A stretch of 12,184 nt of DNA. It comes from an uncultured bacterium (GTDB lineage: Bacteria; JAJVIF01; JAPKYR01). The position numbers and the translations under genes are program-made. Where the stretch lies: contig CBDURU010000108.1 in assembly GCA_965369865.1 (NCBI GenBank), positions 1-12,184 of the forward strand, given 5' to 3'. A model generated the notes under the pieces. That model was not told the origin of the DNA, searched no databases, and was given only the letters and a program-made list of their open reading frames with translations. Shown one piece after another: positions 6,055 through 12,184 of this stretch; the first letter of the stretch is position 1, and every line of letters starts with the position of its first letter.

Positions 6055-7308
6055 ATGAAACAGACCACAACCCCGGCTGTATTGATTTTTATATTTTTTT
6101 TACAAATCGGATTACATCCTGCCTTGGCATATGAAAATTTCACCCCTCCAGTCGGCCTTACCCCCGATCCAGGTTTTCCGGTCTGGCTCACACCCGATAT
6201 CGATAATTATCTTCCCCTGAGAACGAACCAGACTTCAGGCCTTGACTGGCTCGGTTCCGATATCGATGGAAATGGCAGCAATCGTCACTGGTTTATTATG
6301 GCCGATGATTATCCCGATGGCGGTATCCACCTGGTCAGTATCGTCGATATTCCCGGATCGCCTGAAGTGCATTTCCATCGCTCAAACCTGACTCCAACTC
6401 CGCCGGAAATATCCAGGCTCCCGGTCGATCCGGATAATGGATACGATTTTGAGGCAATTTCCATTTATCCCTGGGGTGATATGGTCTTCATTTCACAGGA
6501 AGGAACGCTCGATGAAATCTCAATTTACACGGGGCGGATCTCACCGGGCGAAATAATTCCCGGGGAGTCGTCTTACTGTCGGGCAGGTGAGATAAATTTC
6601 CTGCCTGGATATATCTCAAATATAACCAGATTTGAGTTGCCCGAATGGGACACTGTATTCGGCTTGTATTTCAAGGGTAATCTGGGAATTGAGGGCATCG
6701 CCTGCAGTGAAGATCGCCTTTTCCTTGGGCTTGAATCGCCGTATGACTTCATGACCCGAATTCTCGGTCAAAAATCGACAATACTCGGAATCTGGGAATT
6801 CGATCCGGATAATCCTGCGAATGAAGAAGAAAATGAACTTCTCGCTGCTATCGACACTGCTGACTGGGAACCTCAGCTTGGGTGTGTCATAGAAACTATC
6901 TCCGGGCTGGACGCGATTGATTCTCATCGTCTCGTTGGAATAGATCGAGATAACCAGATACTTTTTGCACTGGAATTTTCAGATGAGTATGCCCTTATCT
7001 CGGGACGGACATTTTACCTCGATTGCCCTGGACCGATGCCAGTAGAATCCGATGGCTGCGATGATCCCGGCCATCTTCCAAAGTTAATAAAAACGTCGCT
7101 TGAAAGCATCGCGGTTGTGCCGTCAAGTGATCCGTCCCTGGGTGATATAGAGGAGTATTACATCTATCTTACATGCGATCCCTGGGGAACTGGATGGGCG
7201 TTGAATGAACCGGACTGGGAGTGCGATGGGTACGAGCAACGCCTGCGTTCGCTGCTACCGGCTTTGTACAGGTACACAATACCAGCGGATACTTTGTTTC
7301 CCGAGTGA
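6055..7308 (+). CDS. Secreted beta-propeller protein, esterase-like activity of phytase (Phytase-like) family
   Basis: Sec signal ending PALA-Y. Recurring blade motifs QTSGL, DFEAI...SQEG, NLGIEGIA...LGLE, TISGL...IDRD, SLESIA...LTCD follow the SGL/EG[IL] pattern of this family. Enzymatic activity is not established. Confidence 0.65.
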   Translation: MKQTTTPAVLIFIFFLQIGLHPALAYENFTPPVGLTPDPGFPVWLTPDIDNYLPLRTNQTSGLDWLGSDIDGNGSNRHWFIMADDYPDGGIHLVSIVDIPGSPEVHFHRSNLTPTPPEISRLPVDPDNGYDFEAISIYPWGDMVFISQEGTLDEISIYTGRISPGEIIPGESSYCRAGEINFLPGYISNITRFELPEWDTVFGLYFKGNLGIEGIACSEDRLFLGLESPYDFMTRILGQKSTILGIWEFDPDNPANEEENELLAAIDTADWEPQLGCVIETISGLDAIDSHRLVGIDRDNQILFALEFSDEYALISGRTFYLDCPGPMPVESDGCDDPGHLPKLIKTSLESIAVVPSSDPSLGDIEEYYIYLTCDPWGTGWALNEPDWECDGYEQRLRSLLPALYRYTIPADTLFPE

Positions 7309-7322
7309 AAAATAATCAAATT

Positions 7323-8342
7323 TCATATTGATTGGGGCTTTAATGTCACAACAAGATAATCCGCGGTTACAAGGAATCCAAGTTCATTAAGAAGAGCAAG
7401 CATCGGTTCGTTCCTGGTCCCGACAATCATGCTTGCTACCTGCTTCCGTCCCGAAGCCTGCCTGGCGAGCGCGGCAACAAGTCTCTTGGCGAGTCCCCGC
7501 CTTCGGTAAGGCTTGAAGGTATAAACACCATCGATAAGCACATGATCCAATGTCTGGGAACCGCGGACCGCCACCGATGCGATCGTACCCTCGACGACCC
7601 CAAGCAGGATTCGGTTCTCCATGACCATCTTCTCAATATCGAACGGTGGACGGTTGCCAAGTTCAGCTTCATATTCTTCCACGTATTCCTCAAGACGTCG
7701 CAGATCGGCTTCCTGGGCAAGGCGATGTCGTCCACCCGGTCCGTGAGGTGATTTGAAGTCCTCCAGCTCGAGGTGTAAGCATTCCTTGACGTGTTCAACT
7801 TCCCGTGCTTTGAAATATTTGTGTTTTAAGACATCCTGGATTACCGCGGTTTCTCCTTCAACTTTCGATGGATGGGTTAATTCCCTTGGAGCACCATCGA
7901 GCAGCTTCACCAGGGTTTCAGCGTCATTATCATGGATGAACCAGCGGTTGTCCGGGACCACAGCGAGGGCAGCCATGCAAGTATCATCTTCGACATGTGC
8001 AAGTACCACCCCGTCCATATCGCCCTGGAAACCACCGTCAAGCCCCTGGAGCAGACCCCGAAATGTTGTGTGAACCCTACTGGTATTTTTGATGAAATTA
8101 TCAACAAGGCTGCGCATACGTGTCGAATGAACCTGTATGACAGGGCCCAGTGGAAGCTTGAGCCTTATGTGCCCGGGTTGCTTGTCTTCATTGCGGGAAT
8201 TCCATCTTTCAGCAGCATCGGGCGGATCCGGATGCGAAAATATTTTCCGTACACCTTTTTTACGGGTAGAATTTTGTTTCAGAGGGCTGACCGATTTACG
8301 TTTCGAAGGATCAGGCTTGCTAGGGTTTGAAGATTTTACCAT
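7323..8342 (-). CDS. GNAT family N-acetyltransferase with a long N-terminal extension
   Basis: C-terminal GNAT domain with IDGVYTFKPYRRRGLA (acetyl-CoA motif A) and NEPMLALLNELGF. Start placed at ATG 8342; the upstream TTG 8387 would add only Phe-rich codons from poly-T tracts. Confidence 0.85.
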   Translation of the reverse strand: MVKSSNPSKPDPSKRKSVSPLKQNSTRKKGVRKIFSHPDPPDAAERWNSRNEDKQPGHIRLKLPLGPVIQVHSTRMRSLVDNFIKNTSRVHTTFRGLLQGLDGGFQGDMDGVVLAHVEDDTCMAALAVVPDNRWFIHDNDAETLVKLLDGAPRELTHPSKVEGETAVIQDVLKHKYFKAREVEHVKECLHLELEDFKSPHGPGGRHRLAQEADLRRLEEYVEEYEAELGNRPPFDIEKMVMENRILLGVVEGTIASVAVRGSQTLDHVLIDGVYTFKPYRRRGLAKRLVAALARQASGRKQVASMIVGTRNEPMLALLNELGFLVTADYLVVTLKPQSI

Positions 8343-8395
8343 TTCAAAAAAAAAATTCCTGGAAAAACAAAAAAAATCGAAATTCAATGTCAGGT

Positions 8396-8424
8396 TTCCG
8401 TATTCCGGAGCGTTGTATTATAAC
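8396..8424 (+). promoter_or_regulatory. Possible promoter for the EEP lipoprotein gene, overlapping the divergent promoter
   Basis: TTCCGT (8396..8401), 17 bp, TATAAC (8419..8424); the A-tracts at 8346..8376 could act as an UP-like element. Confidence 0.3.
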
Positions 8425-8425
8425 A
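8417..8425 (-). promoter_or_regulatory. Putative extended -10 promoter for the GNAT gene
   Basis: The minus strand reads TGTTATAAT, a perfect TGnTATAAT, in the divergent intergenic gap. Confidence 0.6.
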
Positions 8426-8452
8426 GCAAGTTGCCCTTCCGGGAGTTTATTT

Positions 8453-9340
8453 ATGAAAATTTACCTCAAAGTTTTAATTTTAATTATCCTGGCATTTTCT
8501 CTACCGGGTTGCACTGTAACCCCGGGTAAACAAGATGGCCATGGAATTCCCGATCATATCCGCATCGGGACATACAATGTCAAGAACCTGTTTGACGGCG
8601 TGGACGATCCACATAAAGCCGATGATGAGCCGCCTTCCCGGGAACGACTAGCCGCCCTGTCAGAGGTAATCCTCGCAGCCGGATGCGATATCCTGGCATT
8701 ACAGGAGGTTGAAAATATCGATGTCCTGACCGATTTCAATGAACGATATCTTGCTGAATACTATTCAAGCATTGTACTCATCGAAGGTAACGATCCAAGG
8801 GGAATCGATGTCGCCTTCATGTCGAAATTCCCGCTGCTGGAAGTAACATCGTATGCCGATCGCGAAATTCCCAATCCGGAGACAGGGAGAAGCATCCGAT
8901 TTTCACGCGATCTCGTGGCTGTAGCATGGATTGCTCCAAATGGCCGAAAATGGGTTTTCCTGACTACCCATTTGAAATCGGGCCGTATGAATGAGGATCG
9001 ACAAGTGAGAAATCTCCAGGTAGGGGAGATATGCAGGATAATTGATGAGGAAAATTTTGTCTCTGGAATGGGGAATGGATGTACGGTGCTTTTAGGTGAT
9101 CTGAATGCTGAACCATGGAGCCATGAGATGAGAGGCCTTGCCTGGGTCCCGTTTTCTGATCCGGCAAGGGATTTAAGGTACAGGTTTACCCATGCGTCCG
9201 GCATGATCCTGGATTATATTCTCCTGTCGCCCGGTGCGGATAATCATCTGGTTATAGGTTCGTACACGATCTACCGCGATTCACCCGCGGACCAGGCAAG
9301 CGATCATTTTCTGGTTTACCTCGATTTGAAATTCCGGTAA
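8453..9340 (+). CDS. Endonuclease/exonuclease/phosphatase (EEP) family lipoprotein
   Basis: GGGAG SD then ATG 8453; lipobox LPG-C. Catalytic motifs TYNVKNLFD, ALQEVEN, GNDPRGIDVA, HLKS, LGDLN, LDYIL and SDH are all present. Confidence 0.92.
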   Translation: MKIYLKVLILIILAFSLPGCTVTPGKQDGHGIPDHIRIGTYNVKNLFDGVDDPHKADDEPPSRERLAALSEVILAAGCDILALQEVENIDVLTDFNERYLAEYYSSIVLIEGNDPRGIDVAFMSKFPLLEVTSYADREIPNPETGRSIRFSRDLVAVAWIAPNGRKWVFLTTHLKSGRMNEDRQVRNLQVGEICRIIDEENFVSGMGNGCTVLLGDLNAEPWSHEMRGLAWVPFSDPARDLRYRFTHASGMILDYILLSPGADNHLVIGSYTIYRDSPADQASDHFLVYLDLKFR

Positions 9341-9349
9341 TGATATACT
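9341..9349 (+). promoter_or_regulatory. Putative extended -10 promoter for the ferritin-like gene
   Basis: TG-A-TATACT immediately after the EEP stop codon, 35 bp upstream of ATG 9385. Confidence 0.45.
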
Positions 9350-9384
9350 CATCAGGTGTGAATTTATTAAAGCCGGGGGTTAAC

Positions 9385-9900
9385 ATGGCAGAAGAATACA
9401 CGAAAGAAATCCTTCTTCAATTGGTGAGAGCATTAAGTAAAGCCGTCTCTATGGAACAAAATGCTCAGAACTTCTATGCCCAAGCTGCTGAGAAAACAAA
9501 ATCTCCAGAAGGAGAAAAGATGTTTAATTGGCTCTCCCAGTTTGAAGAAGCCCATGAAAAAAGGTTGACGAGCAGGGTAAATGCTCTTTTGAACCATCCA
9601 TTGCTGGCTGGAGAATCTATCCCGGATATCGGAATTTTCAATGTCAGTGAAACAAAAGATCTTGAGGATGTGTCAAAAATCAAAACCGAAATCGATGTCC
9701 TGATAATAGCCCTGCAGAACGAAAAACGTGCCTATATTTTCTACCAGAAGAAATTAACACTGGCAAGGGACGAGCCGACGAGACAGCTTTTTGAGGATCT
9801 TTCGCGGGATGAAGAGAAACATATGAAGATCCTCGATGACCAGTTGCACAGCTTGAAGATGAATAAACTTTACAAGGACTTAGAGGATTTCCAGGAATAG
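9385..9900 (+). CDS. Ferritin-like / rubrerythrin family di-iron protein without a rubredoxin domain
   Basis: Internally duplicated E...ExxH halves: AVSMEQNAQNFY...FEEAH and ALQNEKRAYIFY...DEEKH. No Cys pairs. Start at ATG 9385 after GGGGGT. Confidence 0.9.
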   Translation: MAEEYTKEILLQLVRALSKAVSMEQNAQNFYAQAAEKTKSPEGEKMFNWLSQFEEAHEKRLTSRVNALLNHPLLAGESIPDIGIFNVSETKDLEDVSKIKTEIDVLIIALQNEKRAYIFYQKKLTLARDEPTRQLFEDLSRDEEKHMKILDDQLHSLKMNKLYKDLEDFQE

Positions 9901-9920
9901 CACAGCTTCTGGAACTTCCT
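9884..9920. terminator. Possible bidirectional hairpin between convergent genes
   Basis: AGGA-t-TTCCAGGA (9884..9896) pairs with TTCTGGAA-ct-TCCT (9907..9920), with one G-U pair. There is no U-tract, so terminator function is uncertain. Confidence 0.3.
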
Positions 9921-11505
9921 AATAATAAACTATCTCGCCCTCCGACCATACGAACGGTCGTATGCCTTCCCGGAAACTTTCCGAATTTCCAGAATCCGAA
10001 AGAAGATACAGACCGCCTTCAACCGCCGCATCGGTAAATGATGCTGTGACCGAGCCATCTACATCGACAGTTTGTACGTTACCGACTATTTTCCACATCA
10101 TAGGATTTTCGGGTATTTCCTCACCTTCAGGTTCGACGTCGACATACCTGAACAGGGTAACTTCCAGTCCTGCTTCCAGGTTTGATGTGCCAGTCCAGCC
10201 TGTAAGAGAAATATCTCCAGCAGTATCTTCATATGGACAGGCATTTGTATATACAATTTCTCCTTCTCTGGTCAGGATGAACGGTTGAGCTACAGGATTA
10301 TGATCTCCCCAGCCGAATTCATCCTCAATGTATCGAGTCGCGCAGTAGAGGATGTCATGATTACCGACGTCTGGGAAATGAACCATGTCATTTTCCACCC
10401 ACGCACCGGCTACCGCCTGCCACGAGTTGAAATTGAATACACAGAGAAATGTCGCGATAGACGGGTTGTCGACCCAGATATCGATATCGCTGACCGATGT
10501 GTATTCACTAGTTACATCCAGTGCGGCGACCCTCATGAGACGTGGTGACGCTGTGCCGTCCGGCGCCGGTCCCATGATGGGATCTGCAGCGAAGCTTTTG
10601 CGGTACACTTTGGCGAAATCGCGGTTTTTAATCGTGTCGTAAATCGGATCGGTTCGCGCTTCGCATCCCATGAACGAATACCAGGTTCCACCGTAATAAA
10701 CCACGTTCCACGCATGGTTGTTATCACCCTTGGGCCATCTGGGTGTAAAATCGCTCGTTGTAGGGACTCCCATCGACCTGAGACTGTAATTTGAAATGTT
10801 CGACATATCCTCGCATCGGCCAGCACCGGAAGCAAGCAGTGTAGGGATATCGAGGTCTTCCGGGTGACGGTAGTAAAGGCTGTCGAAATTGAAAATCCCG
10901 GTGTTATAAGTGTTTACAGCTTCGCTGACCTCGAGGGCATCTTCCAGACCTTCAATAAGCGGGACATACGTCTCAAAAATCAATGGTCGCCATGAATGCA
11001 GCGGTTCCTGGGTCGATCTGTATGGCAGCACGTACTCGAAGAAAATATCCTCCGGAAGGGACGCGCACCATGGAAATGATTCTCTCGCGAGGAATGCCCA
11101 TTCGATATTCTCGATCAGCAACTCGGCGGACATACCCGAGTAGTCATAAATGTATTCTCTCAACCATTCACCGCTGCCATCCTCAGGACTGAATGGATTT
11201 AGCGGGTCGGCAGTGTTCACGTAATCGACAAACAGGTGCTTGTCCATATTCGCAATGAGAAAGCACATTGCACGGTATTTCGACGATCCCACGGGGTAAG
11301 TCTCTAACGCTTCGATTAACTCGCCCTCGTTCCATTCCTCCCCTGCGAGTTCAAGCACATTCGCCACATCGCTTCGCCATTCACCCGGGACACGGTTTAA
11401 GACATCGTCATAAGTCTGTGCATCGGATGTTGTGGTTCCTGAAATCAGAATAAGAAAAACCAGCGTGCAGCCGAATTGTAAAAAATTGTATTTTCTTCTC
11501 ATCAT
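9919..11505 (-). CDS. Secreted transglutaminase-like domain protein (cysteine protease/transglutaminase fold)
   Basis: AGGAG SD; signal peptide MMRRKY, hydrophobic stretch, SDA-Q. FFEYVLPYR..EPLHSWR, catalytic Cys in GRCEDM, DFTPRW...NNHAWN (His), WYSFMGCE. Confidence 0.88.
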   Translation of the reverse strand: MMRRKYNFLQFGCTLVFLILISGTTTSDAQTYDDVLNRVPGEWRSDVANVLELAGEEWNEGELIEALETYPVGSSKYRAMCFLIANMDKHLFVDYVNTADPLNPFSPEDGSGEWLREYIYDYSGMSAELLIENIEWAFLARESFPWCASLPEDIFFEYVLPYRSTQEPLHSWRPLIFETYVPLIEGLEDALEVSEAVNTYNTGIFNFDSLYYRHPEDLDIPTLLASGAGRCEDMSNISNYSLRSMGVPTTSDFTPRWPKGDNNHAWNVVYYGGTWYSFMGCEARTDPIYDTIKNRDFAKVYRKSFAADPIMGPAPDGTASPRLMRVAALDVTSEYTSVSDIDIWVDNPSIATFLCVFNFNSWQAVAGAWVENDMVHFPDVGNHDILYCATRYIEDEFGWGDHNPVAQPFILTREGEIVYTNACPYEDTAGDISLTGWTGTSNLEAGLEVTLFRYVDVEPEGEEIPENPMMWKIVGNVQTVDVDGSVTASFTDAAVEGGLYLLSDSGNSESFREGIRPFVWSEGEIVYY

Positions 11506-11551
11506 GGTTTAAAAATCTCCTGTCTATTGTGAAACACAGGAATTAAACCAT
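11504..11551 (-). promoter_or_regulatory. Long inverted repeat covering the SD and start codon of the transglutaminase-like gene
   Basis: ATGGTTTAA (11504..11512) / TTAAACCAT (11543..11551) and TCCTGT (11518..11523) / ACAGGA (11536..11541), 15 perfect pairs in total. Confidence 0.6.
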
Positions 11552-11562
11552 CAGACGGTATA

Positions 11563-11602
11563 AATCTCAAATCCCGTAATTTATCGGATTTGTATTGAGA
11601 TT
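11563..11602. repeat. Second imperfect inverted repeat in the divergent intergenic region
   Basis: AATCTCAA (11563..11570) / TTGAGATT (11595..11602), with an alternative inner pairing CAAATCC (11568..11574) / GGATTTG (11586..11592). Confidence 0.55.
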
Positions 11603-11623
11603 AATTCAATCAGGGGTTAATCT
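11595..11623 (+). promoter_or_regulatory. Putative sigma70-type promoter for the YbjQ-family gene
   Basis: TTGAGA (11595..11600), 17-bp spacer, TAATCT (11618..11623). Confidence 0.45.
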
Positions 11624-11669
11624 TACTTTCTTAAAATTAAATAGAGATTTCATTGGAGGAAATTTAAAG

Positions 11670-11984
11670 ATGCTCTCAACTACAACCAATGATTTTCCGG
11701 GAAGGGAAATTGAAGAGGTCCTGGAAATTGTGCGTGGATTCTCGATGAAGGGGTTCGCGACAATTTTAAGTTCTTTCACCGATCCTGCACGTCTCAGGAC
11801 GATGAATCGAGAGGTTCTTGAAATAGAACGTGACGCTTTTGCGGACCTGATCAGAAATGCCGAGGAAATCGGCGCCGATGCGATTATCGGAGTCAGGCTT
11901 ACACCGAGTTCATTCGAGTACGACAATGCGCTCAAATACCAGGCGACTGTTTACGGTACCGCGGTGAAATTAAAGCCGCTGTAA
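11670..11984 (+). CDS. YbjQ / UPF0145 family putative heavy-metal-binding protein
   Basis: GGAGG SD then ATG 11670. STTTNDFPGREIEEVLEIVRG, AEEIGADAIIGVR and VYGTAVK match the family pattern. 104 aa. Confidence 0.9.
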   Translation: MLSTTTNDFPGREIEEVLEIVRGFSMKGFATILSSFTDPARLRTMNREVLEIERDAFADLIRNAEEIGADAIIGVRLTPSSFEYDNALKYQATVYGTAVKLKPL

Positions 11985-11999
11985 GCTATCAGGCAAGAG

Positions 12000-12182
12000 T
12001 CAGGAAAATATAGATAAAGGTGACATTAACTCACGAAAGAAATCTGACCAGGGTGCCGCCAACATGCGAAGTAAGGCCAGATAAAGAGCTACTAATCTGA
12101 TATTTTCAAAGCCGAACGAGCTTGTTGGTGATTTATATCTAATACCGGCACCAAGCTTCTTGTCTACATCTTCTAATGGTGA
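12000..12182 (-). CDS. Possible 3' end of a hypothetical gene entering from beyond the right edge
   Basis: One minus frame is open from the edge for 60 codons (SPLEDVDKKLGAGIRYKSPTSSFGFENIRLVALYLALLRMLAAPWSDFFRELMSPLSIFS) to TGA at 12000..12002, converging 15 bp from the ybjQ-like stop. The other two minus frames close quickly. No motif recognised. Confidence 0.45.
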   Translation of the reverse strand, partial: SPLEDVDKKLGAGIRYKSPTSSFGFENIRLVALYLALLRMLAAPWSDFFRELMSPLSIFS

Positions 12183-12184
12183 CT

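Noticed and set aside
9336..9354. Fur/PerR box upstream of the ferritin-like gene
   Set aside because: Only 10 of 19 positions match the E. coli Fur consensus, essentially one half-site.
2137..11669. Longer ORF-track starts for tsaE (2137), the lipoproteins (4765, 6016), GNAT (8387), EEP (8327), the ferritin-like gene (9340) and the YbjQ-like gene (11595)
   Set aside because: These extensions overlap neighbouring genes or promoters, or would bury signal peptides. The downstream starts fit SD position or family N-termini better.
731..11935. Numerous short alternative-frame and antisense ORFs in the ORF track (for example 1088..1465, 1505..2011, 5461..5646, 7932..8330, 8761..9204, 9962..10288, 11606..11935)
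   Set aside because: They overlap well-supported genes, show the Ser/Ile/Pro-rich composition typical of antisense shadows, and have no recognisable motif.

Overview
Bacterial chromosomal window, mostly housekeeping and envelope genes. The left half has a ThiF/MoeB-family adenylyltransferase followed by a tightly coupled thiL-tsaE-tsaB-rimI-tsaD operon (thiamine monophosphate kinase plus t6A tRNA modification, the same order as Bacillus subtilis ydiA-E) and a trailing lipoprotein. The right half has divergent or convergent genes for a second lipoprotein, a secreted phytase-like beta-propeller protein, a GNAT acetyltransferase, an endonuclease/exonuclease/phosphatase lipoprotein, a rubrerythrin/ferritin-like di-iron protein, a secreted transglutaminase-like protein, a YbjQ (UPF0145) protein and a possible partial gene at the right edge. 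No transposase, integrase, cas gene, rRNA or tRNA was seen. The least explained part is the first 300 bp. It holds two identical 55-bp C/G-tract hairpin repeats, 118 bp apart, around a spacer that reads like the C-terminus of a HicA toxin. These are followed by two CAGAG-led GNRA hairpins with identical geometry and compensatory base changes, just upstream of the ThiF-family gene. Other points of interest are two promoters almost directly on SD-less start codons, a hairpin that would occlude the RBS of the transglutaminase-like gene, and loss of conserved residues in the ThiF-family protein and TsaD. All family assignments come from recognising motifs by eye; no database search was run.
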